Of a stretch of DNA of 64,000 bases, positions 50,375 to 63,835 are shown piece by piece; the stretch's first letter is position 1, and every line of letters begins with the position of its first letter. Made by a program: the position numbers and the translations under genes. The stretch is taken from positions 73,203,612 to 73,267,611 of the forward strand of contig NC_057718.1 in the NCBI RefSeq assembly GCF_004010195.1, in the 5' to 3' direction. This DNA is from Chiloscyllium plagiosum (lineage: Eukaryota). The notes beneath the pieces were generated by a model, which did not search any database, was not told where the DNA came from, and worked only from the letters and a program-made list of their open reading frames with translations.

Positions 50375-51890
50375 TGAGAAATATGATCATAATATGATAG
50401 AAGTCCGCATGCAGTTTGAATAAGATATAATTATTCTAAAACAAAGGTTTTAGCTGTGGAAAAAAAATTGTGGAGATGAAGGGGCAGGTTGACTGTGGTG
50501 GATTGGAAAAAAAGATTTGAAAGAATTGCCAGTAAATAGGGAATGGTTAAGAAATATTACACAGTTTACAACAAATAAAGATTCACGTAAGGCACACACA
50601 ACCAAAGGGTAAAACAACTTGTAATTAACAAAATAAGCTAAAGAATGCATTACATCAAAGTAAGTATCTTGTCGAGATTTCAAACCCAGCAAAACTTGGG
50701 TAAAAAAACTGTAAGAAAGGAAAAAGAATACAAGCTTGCAAGGAACATAAAAATAGATTCTGAAGGCTTCTTTATATCTGTGAAAAGGAAAAGCTTAGTT
50801 AGAACAAATGTAGGCATGTTACAAGTGGGAGCAGAGAACTTAAATTCTGGATCAGTGGTGCTGGAAGAGCACAGCAATTCAGGCAGCATCCGATGAGCAG
50901 CAAAATCGACGTTTCGGGCAAAAGCCCTTCATCAGGAATAAAAAGCTTTTTATTCCTGATGAAGGGCTTTTGCCCGAAAAGTCGATTTTGCTGCTCGTCG
51001 AATGCTGCCTGAATTGCTGTGGTCTTCCAGCACCACTGATCCAGAATCTGGTTTCCAGCATCTGCAGTCATTGTTTTTACCCCGCAGAGAACTTAAAGTA
51101 GAGATAAGGAAATCGCAAAGAAGTTAACAGTTACTCAGTGTTTGACTTTATAGAGAAGACATACTGAATGTTTCCCAGAAATACTAGGCAACCAATGGAC
51201 TTGTGAAATTGAGGAACTACAAGACATTAGTATTAGTTGAGAATTATTACTTAAAGCCAACTGGATTGCAAGTTGGCCTATCCCTGAACCATAGAGATTT
51301 CTACGTATGAGCATTAAAGGAGATGGCAAAACAGATAATGGATGCAATGGTGAATATCTTTCAAAATTGTGGAGATCCTGGAAAAGTGTCTGGGGCTTAG
51401 AAAGTGAAAAATATAGCTCTCCTTTTCAAGAAAAGAGGATGAAGGAGAATGGAAACCACAGACTTGTCAGTTTGATATCAGTTATAAAGAAAATGTGAGA
51501 ATGTGTTACAAGGAAGGATAAAATAACTAGATATTTAGAAAATAATCAACAAATTGAACATGTATTTAGGAAGAGGAAGTCTTACTGACAAACCTATTAG
51601 GGTTTTTGGGATATACTTGTAGCATTGATGCAAGAAAATCATGGATGCAGTGTATTTGGATTTTCAGAAGGCTTTTTGAGGTCCACTCTGGTGGCTAGCA
51701 AATAAAGTTAGAGAACATGGAATTGGGGGAAATATACTCATATGAATTGAGAATTGTTTAACAGGCAGAAAGCAGAGAATGGAGTAATTGGACCATTTCA
51801 GGATGCCAGGCAGTTACTAGTGAGATACTGCAAGGATTGGTGCCACATCCACAGCTTTGCACAATGTATACAGATGATTTGGATGTTAGA
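50375..51890 (+). mobile_element. Old CR1 fragment
   Basis: KLARNIKIDSEGFF, NHRLVSLIS and DAVYLDFQKAF remnants. Confidence 0.75.
50845..51083. mobile_element. Palindromic PLE mini-element (family B1) with two opposed hammerhead motifs
   Basis: Palindrome 50844-51047 centred on AAGCTT; 14-bp TSD gcagagaacttaaa at 50831-50844 and 51084-51097. Confidence 0.92.
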
Positions 51891-52914
51891 GTACTTTTTC
51901 TGGGCCAAGTAGTTTTGTTTCTAATTTTGAATTGTGTCAAATCTTTTAGAATGTTTTTCACCATAAGGACAAATGGGTTTTCTTGACCTATCTTATCAAA
52001 CCTGCCTGATTAATTACCACTATGCCCCTTGCTTCATTAATTACGGCTATGCTCTCATGTCCAATCTCTACCTCCTTTTGCCATGTACCTTTCATGGAAC
52101 ATCTTGCCAATCTGAGGATATACATTGAAAGATTACAATGTGAGTGTGCCAACTTTGAAAGTATTGACTATGCAGTGTTGCTCCTCATCAATAGCATGAT
52201 CGCATAGCAGGTATGAAGCCACACTGTCTAAAATATATAGTTTGCATGGCTAACATTCCCGCACATATACAACCCCATTCTCTCACCTTAGCCACTGTTT
52301 AACCACCATGCTACACATTTTACCTGCCTACATCCCGATTGAAAAACGTCTCTAAATCATTGGGATCCTGATGCCCACTGTAGATCTGAATCTTGTAATT
52401 GTCCGGTAGAGGAACATCACATATGGGCAAGCAACTGGAGAAATACAAATGTAAGCTTTCTTTTATAGAAAATAAACAAATTCAGCAGAGGTAAACTTTG
52501 GCCCCACAACACCATCTAGATTTCTGCACCATGATCAAACATTATTTTATAGTTAGCGACTGTGTGCTACACCAAGTTGTCTTACCTTGAAACCAGATGT
52601 CAATGAGAGACTGCCAGGCTTGTAGAACCAGTGATAGTTGAGCTCTGTCATGGACAATGTCAGCTTCTTCATCCCCAGTGTCACCATCTCCTTCAGAAGA
52701 ACATTAGTCACTTTTCCCAATTCCTCTGCATCTAGTATATCACCTTATCACCTGCTCCAGTTCTGCAGGGCAAAACATATCAGGACAATACAATACACTT
52801 TATCTGGTCTATACTTGAAGGCAGCAAAACTGGATCTTCAAGAGACCTATACACTGTTCCATCAAGTCTCTACTGAGGCATTGACAGCATTAAACCTGTG
52901 TTCTGCATCAATAT

Positions 52915-55010
52915 AGAATGGTGAGCACAGGAACAGGTCCTTTGGCCCATCATGTCTGTGCCGACTATGATGCCATTCTAAACTAATCACATCTCCCTAT
53001 TCGTTTAGTCCCTGTCTTTTCATGTGTTTATCTAAATGCCTTTTAAACTTTGCTAACGCATCTGATTCTACCACCGCCCTGCTAGCATGTTTCAGGTATC
53101 TATCACTCTCTATGCAAAAAACCTCTCCTTACACAACTTTGTGAAATGTTTTTCCTTTCATCTTAAATCTATGCCCCGAGTATTTGACACTTACACCCTG
53201 GGAAAAAGAATCCAACTATCCACCCTCTCCATATCTCTCATAATTTTACATACTTTTATCAGATTGCCCTCAGCCTCCAATGCTGCAGCAAAAACAATCC
53301 AAGTTTGTCCAACTCTTCCTCATTGCTAATACACTCCAATCCAGGCTACATCCTGGTAAACCATTTTTACACCCTCCATAAAGCCTTCATTTCCTTCCTA
53401 TAGTATGGTGACTAGAACTGTACACAATACTCCAAATGTAACTTAGCTAAAATCTTATACAGGTGCAACATGAATTGCCAACTTTTATGCTCAATTCCCC
53501 TACAACTGAAGGCAAGCATGCCAACCAGCTTCTTTAACAGGTTATCTATATCTGTTGCCTCTTTGTTGAACTTCGCGATTTCTTTATATATCTATTTTCC
53601 TAAGGATCCTGTCTATGTTCCTCTTCCATTTGACCTCCCAATGATTCAACTCACACTTTTCTGAATAAAACTCTATCTACCATTTCTCCCCTGATCTTTC
53701 AAACTGATTTATAACCTCCTTCACTGCCCACAACTTCACCAATTTTTGTAATTTGAGAACTTTCTAATCAGACCACCTACATTTTCATCCAAAGCATTTA
53801 CATTTATCACTAATAATAGAAGCCCCAGCATTAATGCTTGCAGAATATCGCTGGTTACAGATCGCCAGTCAGAAAAACACCCTTCAACAATTACCCTCCA
53901 TCTTCTACGATCAAGCCAATCTTGTACCAAATTGCTATTCACCATTGATTCCATGAGACTTAATCTTCTGGATCAGCCTACCATGAGGGATCTTGTCAAA
54001 TACTATGGTAAAGTCCATACAGACAGCATCCACTGCCCGATCATCAACAATCATTTCGTCACTTCCGCAAAAATCTTAATTTGGAGACGCTGGTGTTGGA
54101 TTGGGGTGTATAAAGTTAAAACTCACGTAACACCAGGTTATAGTCCAACAGATTTATTTGGAAGTACTAGTTTTTGGAGCACTGCTCCTTTATCAGGTGA
54201 TTGTGGATTATAAGATCATAAGACAGAACTTATAGCAAATGTTTACAGTGTGATGCAACTGAAATGATATTTTAAAAAGACCTGGATTGTTTGTTATGTT
54301 TCTCATCTTTTAGAATGGCCATGTTGGTTTCAGTTCTTTCATATGTAAATCCCAGAACATTTTTTAAAGTTGCATTCTCATTTGAGATTAGATTAGATTC
54401 CCTACAGTGTGGAAATAGGCCCTTTGGCCCAACAAGTCCACACAGACCCTCTGAGGAGTAACCCACCCAGACCCATTTCCCTCTGACTAATGCACCTAAC
54501 ACTATGGGCAATTTAGCATGACCAATTCACCTGATTTGTACATCTTTGTGACTGTGGGAGGAAACCGGAGCACCCGGAGGAAACCCGGAACCCTGGTGCT
54601 CTGAGGCAGCCATGCTAACCACTGAGCCACTGTGCTGCCCTGATGAAAGACCTGAAACCAACAAGGTCATTCTAAAAGATGAGAGCCTTAACAAGCAATC
54701 CAGATCTTTTTAAATATATCATTTCAGTTGCATCACATTGTAAACTTTTGCTATAAATTCTGTATCTTATGATTTTATACTCCACAACCACCTGATGAAG
54801 GAGCAACACTCTGAAAGCTAGTGCTTCCAAATAAACCTGTTGGACTATAACCTGGTATTGTGTGATTTTTAACTTCAAAAATTTTAATCACCTTTGTGAG
54901 ACAAAACCTACCCCACATAAAGCCTTGCTAACTATCTCTAATAATTTGATTCTTCTCAAAATGCGAGTAAATCCTATACCTAAGAATCATCTCAGATAAT
55001 TTCCCTACAA
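52915..55010 (-). mobile_element. CR1 with a nested inverted-arm PLE (54081-54875), itself containing a SINE (about 54385-54640)
   Basis: TSD caaaaat(c/t)ttaat at 54068-54080 and 54876-54888; hammerhead-like motif on + at 54789-54823. Confidence 0.88.
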
Positions 55011-55744
55011 TCAACATGCCTCCAGTGAAAGATCCCATCACTGTTAGTGAAAAAGACTTAAATTGAACACAGGAGGAGCAAAAGAGTTTCTTTGGTCTCA
55101 GAATAGTTATTGATATTGTACCTTCCGGATGAGGAATCCTGGGTGTGGATAAGAGGACATTTGTCTGTCTTTATGTGCAGCAACTTGTTGAAGATGTCCT
55201 GCTGGCTGAGTGACTATCACATGTCATTGAAAAGGGTGTGCCTGCAGTGCAGCACCATCATCTGCCTGGTCCCTCATTAATGTATCACCCCAGGCAAGGC
55301 TATGGATCAAGTGCTAGAAAGTGGAATTAGAATAGTTAAGTTGATATTTTTGACTGACCAAGATGTGATGGGCTGAAGGATCTTTTTCTGTGCTGTAGAT
55401 CTCTGAGTTTATGAGTCTAGATGCCAAGCCTCAGAATGCGTTCAGCATAGTAATTGTGGCACTTGCAAGGATGTTATGTTGTCTTTGTGCCGTTATTGCT
55501 GATAATTTCAATAGTGTTGAGAGAACCGAATTCAATTTGCGAGCATCTGTGACATGTAGCAAATCAACTCTGAGCAGCTGCTATCCTTAAGCTCCTTCAC
55601 TGTACGTGTCTAGCAAATGGGTAATGAAATGATTGCTAATCCCATGCAGCCAAACTTTGCACATGTATTCACCCCATTCACCTTGATTTTTCCACCACTC
55701 ACTATCCTTATCACCACTTCTACATGCTTCTCTGCTTTTTTTCA

Positions 55745-56930
55745 ATTCACTTGTGAGTTGTGGGCATCATTGGCTGTTCCAATATTTATTGCCCATTCCT
55801 TGTTGCCCATAGTTGGTGAGCTGCCGTTTTGAGCAGCTGCAGACCGTATACTGTAGGCAGACCCATAATGCTGTTAGGGAGTGAATCCCAGAATTTTAAA
55901 CCAACAACAGTGAAGGAACAGAGATAAATTTCTCAGTCAGAATGGTGAGTGGCTTGGAAGGGATCTTGTCTGTGATAGTGTTCCTGTGTATCATGTATGT
56001 GGCCTTGTCCTTCTAAATAGAATTGGTCATGGGCTTGAAAAATGTTGTCTAAGAAGTGTTAGTGAATTTCTGCAGGGCATCTTACAAATCGGACATTCTG
56101 CTACTTCTGAGCATTGCTGGTGGAGGCAGTGGATATTTGTGGATGTGGTGCCAATTAAGCTGCTGGTGTTGTTGGAGATGCACTTATCCAGACAAGAGGG
56201 AGTATTCCATCACCTGGCTTGTACCTTATAGACAGGATTTGGTTAGTCAGGATGTGAGTTACTCGCTGTGGTATTCCTAGCCCTACGTATATATGACTAG
56301 TCCAGATCAGTTTCTTGCTAATAGTAACCTCTAGGATGTTGATAGTGGGAGATTCAGGGATGGTAATGCCATTGAATGTCAAGGGGTGGTGGTGAGATTG
56401 TCTTTTGTTGGAGACAGTCATTACATGGCATTTGTGTGACACTAATGTCACTTGCCACTTTTCAGTCCTGTGTCTGCATGGGTTTCCTCCTACAGTACTC
56501 CGACAGTCCAAAGATGTGAAGGTTAAGTGAATTGGCTATGCCAAATTTCCCATTGTGTCCAGGGATGTGATGGCTAGGTGTATTAGTCATGGGAAATTCA
56601 GGGGGTTAAGGTAGGGGGAGGATCTGAGTGGGATGCTCTTTGGAAGGTTGGTGTGGACTCGATAGATCAAATAGCTTGTTTCCACACTGTAGGGACTCTG
56701 TGACTTAAGTATTTGGATATGGACTGCTTCAGTATCTGAGGAGATGCGAACAGTGCTGAAAATTGTTCAATCAACAGTGGACTTCTCCACCTCTGACTTT
56801 ATGATGGAGGGAAGATCATTGATGATCCAGTTGAAGATGGTTGGGCCTCAGACATTACCCTGATAAACTGTAGAGATGTCCTGAAGCTGAGATGACTGAC
56901 AGCCAACAACCACTCTCATCATCCTATGTG
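55745..56930 (-). mobile_element. CR1/L2-group LINE 3' part with a nested SINE (about 56465-56700, +)
   Basis: KWQVTLVSHKCHVMTVSNKR..PLTFNGITIPESPTINIL; same family as 24745-25700. Confidence 0.75.
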
Positions 56931-57511
56931 CCAGATACAATTCCCTCATCACTTCTGTCATTGATGTCCCCTCTTCCCCTATAGCTCCCCTTTTGAACCC
57001 TTCAGAAAGTTTGATGGAAAGACACATATGACTGTATTCATCCCAGACTTCTGACTGGCCTTGATGAACACACCCTAGATGCAGTTGACAACACCATTGA
57101 CTCCTGTGTTTAGAGGTCCCCTACTGAAAACATTTGATTCCCCAGACTACTTCTGCTGACACTGCAGGATTGATTGCTGAACATCCCCTGTACTGTACCT
57201 GGACTGATCCCCGATCATGAGTGTCTCAAGTGGGCCACTGAATTTGTTGGAGTCCCTGGACAGTGCATAGACTGTGACCATGACTGATGGCACCAGGACT
57301 CCCTGACTGGCAGCACATCACCCATTCACTCTACTGAGGACTAGCCTCTGACATGATCATTTGTGTGTAATGTGATTGCATCTCAGGCAGTTGACAGACT
57401 GTGTTAGATTGGCATCTTGGCATGCCCCTCAGAACAATACCATACTGACAAGCAGCCTGTCTAAGTGCCTGCACTGAAGAGCACTTAAAAATGGTAGTAG
57501 CAAAAGACTTT

Positions 57512-57645
57512 TCTCCACAGCTATCTGATGAAGGAGCAACGCTCTGAAAATTAGTGCTTCCAAATAAACCTACTGGACCATAACCTAGTACTGTGTGATT
57601 TTTAACTTTGTCCACCCCAGTTCAACACCGGCACCTCCACATCAT
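57512..57645 (+). mobile_element. PLE mini-element (family A)
   Basis: ctgatgaaggagcaacgctctgaaa followed by the family A terminus. Confidence 0.8.
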
Positions 57646-58122
57646 GCCGGAATAGAGGCAATCTTTCCAAATAACCAGCTTTGGTGCTGTGGGACTTCAT
57701 TCCATTTAGAATAAAAACAGAAAGACCAACAAGATCTCACCACTCACATCCTGTCACCTGCTGGCACACTACCCATGCCCAATGCTTCTTCCAACCTCCT
57801 ATGGCCCTTCATTACTTCATAACTGGATATGCCTCCTCAAACACCCCCATGTCATTCATGTCACCATTGCAAATTATGCCCTCAAATAACCTGATTGGTC
57901 TATCCTGCAGCCTTATGACAGGCTATTCCTATGGTGATAGTTTGATATGTATATTAAGTTTAAGCAAAATCATATAATTTTCCACTGTGTTTAAAAAAAT
58001 ACTTCTTTCAATACAAGGCAATAAAAATATCAATCAGATGGCAGAGATCAAATAGCCAAAGCTTTCAATCAAACAGGGACTTGGTTCTTTCAATAAATAG
58101 TGGATGTCAGTGTTCTCAGCGA

Positions 58123-58270
58123 GGTTGACAAGCAGAAGGCTAAGAGAACACAGCAAGCCAGGCAACATCAGGAGGTGGAGAAGTCGACTTCTTCACTTCC
58201 TGATGCTGCCTAGCTTGCGGTGTTATCCCAGCCTCCTGCTTGTCTATTTTGGATTTCAGCATCTGCAGCA
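58123..58270. mobile_element. Palindromic PLE-type mini-element about 110 bp upstream of cga exon 3
   Basis: Palindrome centred on aagtcgactt; 10-bp TSD ttctcagcga at 58113-58122 and 58271-58280. Confidence 0.8.
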
Positions 58271-58389
58271 TTCTCAGCGAAGCATACATAATAAGAAAAC
58301 AAATTACCAGTGCCTTTCTATGTAGTTTGTTGTAAATGCAGTATTTGGAAGAATTATTCAGTTTGTTCTTCATCTTTTTCTCTGTGAAG

Positions 58390-58574
58390 GATGTCCAGAC
58401 TGTAGACTGAAGGAGAACACACGTTTCTCAAGAGCAGGGGCACCCATCTTCCAGTGTAAAGGCTGTTGTTTCTCCCGTGCTTATCCAACGCCAATGCGGT
58501 CCAAGAAAACAATGCTGGTTCCAAAGAATATCACTTCAGAAGCAACATGCTGTGTAGCTAAATTATTTTCCAGG
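58390..58574 (+). CDS. cga: cga exon 3: glycoprotein hormone alpha cystine-knot core
   Basis: Acceptor ctttttctctgtgaag| and donor AGG|gtaaga. Reads (G)[61 protein letters not shown], with the diagnostic [11 protein letters not shown] and [20 protein letters not shown] motifs and the NIT glycosylation site. The final exon was not found in the window. Confidence 0.98.
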
Positions 58575-59170
58575 GTAAGACATCTGGATGAAGTCAAAAA
58601 TTTTATTGCAAGAACAGACAATAAAATGTAATACATATAAGATATGGCAGTCTCGGAAATGGTTGAAGAGCTCCTCTTGTGAGCTTTTAGATGTTGAATT
58701 CTAATGCCTTTCATTAAGTAGGACACAAGTGTGGAAAGGATGCAATCATTACTGTGGTGTGCTTTTGCTGTTAATGCAGCTGCTGTTATTCTTTGTTATT
58801 TCTGCCCATTGTATCCCATCCATTTTAAACTTTATTACAAAGGAAATATAATCTCATGTTTGCACAGATCTTTTCACACTTTCCACCACCTCTCCTCCCT
58901 TGTCCCTGAGATAAATAGCTAGTCTGCAACTGCCTTCTGTCTCTCTCTGTGTAATGTAATTTCCCTACCCATGTCTGAGCAATAAAGGTAAATAAGGAGG
59001 TGGCAAACTGGTGAATCGGAGAGGGATCTGGAAGAAATGTAAACTTTAATGCAAACCCAAATGTAAATGAAATGCAAGAAGAGCATTGGAAAGAATAAGG
59101 TAACAGAAGACATTGAATTTTTTTTCTTTTCTCTGTGGATGTTGCTGGCAAGGCCATTTGGTTCCTATGC

Positions 59171-59379
59171 TGAAAATGTGTTGCTGGAAAAGCGCAGCAG
59201 GTCAGGCAGCATCCAGGGAACAGGAGAATCGATGTTTCGGGCATAAGCCCTTCTTCAGGAAGGGCTTATGCCCGAAACGTCGATTCTCCTGTTCCCTGGA
59301 TGCTGCCTGACCTGCTGCGTTTTTCCAGCAACACATTTTCAGCTCTGATCTCCAGCATCTGCAGACCTCACTTTCTCCT
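59171..59379. mobile_element. Palindromic PLE mini-element (family B2) with 17-bp TSD
   Basis: TSD ccatttggttcctatgc at 59154-59170 and 59380-59396. Confidence 0.92.
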
Positions 59380-60334
59380 CCATTTGGTTCCTATGCCTAA
59401 TTGCTCTTGAAAGAGTGGCTTGCTCAGTAATTTCAGAGGACTGTTAAAAGTCAATCACATTGCAATGGATCTACAGTTACATGCTGGCCAGACCAGGTAA
59501 GGATAGCAGATTTCCTTCCCTAAAGACATTGCAGGATAGTATCACAAAAATCCTAGAATCCTTACAATGTGGAAGCAGACCATTTGTCCCATCAAGTCCA
59601 CACTAAGCCTTTGAAGAGCATCCTGCCCAAACCAACCCTGTAACCCTGCATTTCCCATGGTTAATTAATCTCCAAACTCCATACAGACAGTTACCCAAGT
59701 CTGAAGTTGAACCCAAGTCCGTGGCACTATGAGGCAACAGTGCTAACTACAGAGCCACCATAGCACCCTAATAATTATTTTGCTTTATCGTTAGCAGTCA
59801 GAAAAATAGATGCAGCATTGAAGCTGAAATAAGTAGAAAGGTAATTGAATTTAAAATAGAAAGGATGTACTAAATAAAGAAATAAAACTCAAAGAGGATT
59901 TAGTTCCAGATGGATTGCATTCATATATTATAAAAGAATCTAGGGAAGAGATAGAAAAAGCAATGTTCATATTTAATGATTCATTAGAAGAACATCTTTT
60001 GTAGATGACTGGCAAATAGCTGTCATAATTTCTATATTTAAAAAGGGAGGCCAAACATGTTCAGGAAATTAAACATTTAGAAATGAGCAATGTAATAACA
60101 AATAACTAGCTTGGATGTCAAAAGGGAAGTCTCACTTGATTAGTTGAACTAAATCCTCTAAAGAAGTCACAGAGACAGTAGACAATGGCAATGTGGGACA
60201 TGCAATTTAACTGTATTTTAAAAATAACTTTAGTAAGCAGTCCCATAATAGACTAATGAATAACATGGAGTCAGAGAACCTAGTGCTGAACGGGTTACTA
60301 GTGGTCTTCATCACAGAAAGCAAAATATGGGAGC

Positions 60335-63300
60335 TATTGAGCTGTACAGCATGGAAACAGACCCTTTGTCCAAGTTGCCATATCGACCAGATATCCTAAA
60401 TTAATCAAGTCCCCTTTGCCAGCATGTGGCCCATATTCCTTTAACCCTTTTCTGTTTATATACCTATCTAGGTGCCTTTGAAATGTTGTAATTGTACCAG
60501 CCTCCACCACTTCCTCTGGCAACTCATTCTGTGCACACACCACCCACTCTGTGGAAGTGTTGCCCCTTTGGTCCCTTTTAAATCTTTCCCCTCTCACCTT
60601 AAACCTCAGCCCTCTAATTTTGATTTTCCCCAACTCGGAGAAAAGACCTTGGCTATTCACCCTATTCATGCCCCTCATGATTTTATACACCTCTGTAAAG
60701 TTACCTCTCAGCTTCCGACACTCCAGGGAGAATAACCTTAACGTATTCACCCTCTTATTATGGCTCAAATCCTCCCAATCCTGGCAACATCCTTGTAAAT
60801 CTTTTCTGGACCCTTTAAAGTTTCAAAACATCCTTCCTATAGCAGAAAGACCCGAAGTGAAAGCAGTATTCCAAAAGTAACCTAACCAATGTCCTGTATA
60901 GCCACAACATGACCTCCCAGTTCTAACACAGTGCATTGACCAATAAAGGCAAGCATACCAAGTGCTTTCTTCACTCTTCTGTCTTCCTGCAACTTTACTT
61001 TGAAGGAAATATGAATCTGCACTCCAAGGTCTCTTTGTTCAGCAGCACTCCCTAGGACCTTGGCTTTTAGTGTCTCAGTCCTGCCCTGATTTATTTTTCC
61101 AAGATGCAGCACCTCACATTTATCTAAATTAAACTCCATCTGTCACCCCTCAGTCCATTGGCCCATCTGATCAAGGTCCCATTGTGCTCTAAGGTAGCCT
61201 TCATCGCTGGCCACTACACCTCCAATTTTGGTGTCATCTGCAAACTTACTAACCAAACTTCCTATGTTCATGTCCAAATCACTTATATAAATTATGAAAA
61301 ACAGTGGAACCAGCACCGATCTTTATGGCACACTGCTCATCACAGGCCTTGGGTTTGAAAAGCAATCCTCCAACACCAACCTCTGTCTTCTAGCTTCAAG
61401 CCAGTTCTGTATCCAAATGACTAGTTATCCCTATATTCCATGAGATTTAACCTTGTTAACCAGTCTACCATGAGGAAACTTGTCAGTTGCCTGACTGAAG
61501 TCCATACAGACAACACCCATCGTTTTGCCATATTGACTGTATGATTGAATGAATGCAAAGATTGATTCATTGAATGAATCAGTACTCTTTGAAACTCCTT
61601 CAGAAAACTCAAGTTGGTGAGACATGATTTCCCACACAAAGCCATGTTGACAATCCCTAAACAGTCCTTACCTTTCCAAATCATATAAATCCTGTCCGCT
61701 CCAACAACTTGCCCACCACAGATACCAGGCTCACCAGTCTATACTTCCTATCTTTCTTAAATAATGGCACCACATTAGCCAACGTCTGGTCTTCTGGCAC
61801 CTCACCTATGACTATCGATGATATAAATATCGTAGCAAGGGGCCCAACAATCACATCCTTAACTTTCCTCACGGTTCTTGGGCACACCTGACCAGGTCCC
61901 AGGGATTTATCCACCTTTATGTATTTTAAGACATCCAGCACCTCTTCCTCTGTAATATGGACATTTTTCAGGATGTTGTTTTTTTCCCCACATTCTATAT
62001 CTTGCATATGCTTCTTCCATATGTATCTCCACCATCTCCTGCAGTTCCACACATAGGCGGCCTTGCTGATCTTTAAGGGATTCTGGATTAGTGGTGCTGG
62101 AAGAGCACAGCAGTTCAGGCAGCATCCAAGGAGCAGTGAAATCGACGTTTCGGGCAAAAGGCTCTGTTTTGTGAGCAATACAGGCAGATCACAGATTTAA
62201 GTAGCATAGATAAGTAAATAATAGGTAAACAGCGGCAAAAACAAAAACACTAGCACAAGCGAATGTTAAGTGTTTATGAGACCATTCAGTATTCTGACAA
62301 TAGTGGGGTAGAAACTGTTTTGAAACCAGCTGGTGCATGTGTTCAGGCTTCTGTACCTTCTCCTCGATGGTAGAGGTTATACAAAAACATTGCCAGGGTG
62401 GGATGGATCTTTGAGAATGCTGGTGGCCTTTCCTTTATAGCAGGCCTGGTAGATGGATTCTATAGATGGGAGGTTGGCTTTTGTGATTCTCTTGGCTGTG
62501 TTCACCATTCTCTGTAATCATCGCCGATCTTGAATGGTGCAGTTACCATGCCAGGTAGTGATACATCCAGACAGAATGCTCTCGATGGTGCACCTATAAA
62601 AGTTAGCAAGAGTCTTCACCGTCATGCCAAATTTAGAATTCTTTTAGATTCTCCTCAACCCTATTTGCCAAATCTATCTCATGTTCCCTTTTAGTCTGCG
62701 TCATTTTCCTCTTAAGTATACTTTTACTGCCTTTATGCCCTTACTGGTGATTCCCTCCATTCCAGCTGTCTGCACCTTCTTGTGTCTTCTTTTTCTTGAC
62801 CTTAACTTCCTGAGTCATCCAGCATTCCCTACAACTACCAGTCTTACCCTTCACCCTAACAGGAACATACTGTCTCTGGACCCTAGTTATCTCATTTTTG
62901 AAGGCTTCCCATTTTCCAGCCATCCCTTGACCAGCAAATATTGCCCCCAATCAATTATCGAAATTTCCTGCCTAATACTCTCAAAATTGACCTTCCTCCA
63001 ATTTAGAATTGTAAATTCTAAATCTAGTCTATCCTTTTCCATCACTATTTTAAAAACTAATAGAAGTATGAACACTTGCCCCAAAGTGCTCCGCTTTGAC
63101 ATCTCGGTTACCTGCCCTACCTTATTTTCCAAGAGTAGGTCAAGTTGTACTCCTGCTCTAGTAGGTACATCCACATACTGAATCAGAAAATTTTCTTGTA
63201 TTCACTTAACAAATTGCTCTCCATCCAAACTCTTGACACTATGGCAGTCTCAGTCTATGTTTAGGGAGTTAAAACTCCCTACCATTACCACCTCATGATT

Positions 63301-63830
63301 CTTACAGATTACTGAGATCTCTTTACATTTTTTTTCTCAATTTTTCACTGACAATTTGGGGGTGTGTGGAGGTGATTATCATTTTCTTATTTCTCAGTTC
63401 CATGCAAATAACTTCACCCTGGATGTACCCTCAGGAATATCCTCCCTAAGTACAACTGTAATATTATCCCTAAAATAAACTCCCCTTCCTCTCTTGTCCT
63501 TATTGTGCTTCCCATAGCATCTGTGTCCTGGAACATTAAACTGCCAGTCCTGTCTATCCCTGAGCCATGTCTCTGTAATTGCTATGATATCCCAGTCCCA
63601 TGTTCCCAACCATGCCCTTAGGACGCCTGCCTTACCTGATAGGCCTGTTGCATTGAAAGAAATGCAGTTTAATTTATCAGTCCTACCTCATTCTCTGTTT
63701 TGTTCCTGTTGCCTTAACTGTTTGACTTGCCCCTGTTCCCAACTGCGCCAGTCTCAGACCCTTTCTCACTATCTCCCAGGGTCCCATCCCCCACCAGTTA
63801 AAATCATCCCGAGCAGCTCTAGCAATTCTC
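60335..63830 (-). mobile_element. CR1 LINE interrupted by a PLE fragment (about 62077-62165) and a Rex1/Babar 3' fragment (about 62166-62635)
   Basis: WDIIAITETWL, NVVPLFKK, KSCLTNL, MEFNLDKCEVLH, LFSLECRKLRG. Confidence 0.88.
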
Positions 63831-63835
63831 TCCAG

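Noticed and set aside
52469..52490. Possible 22-nt micro-exon (ttttatag|...|gtaaac) in cga intron 2
   Set aside because: It would frameshift exon 3; direct exon 2-3 joining already gives the canonical protein.
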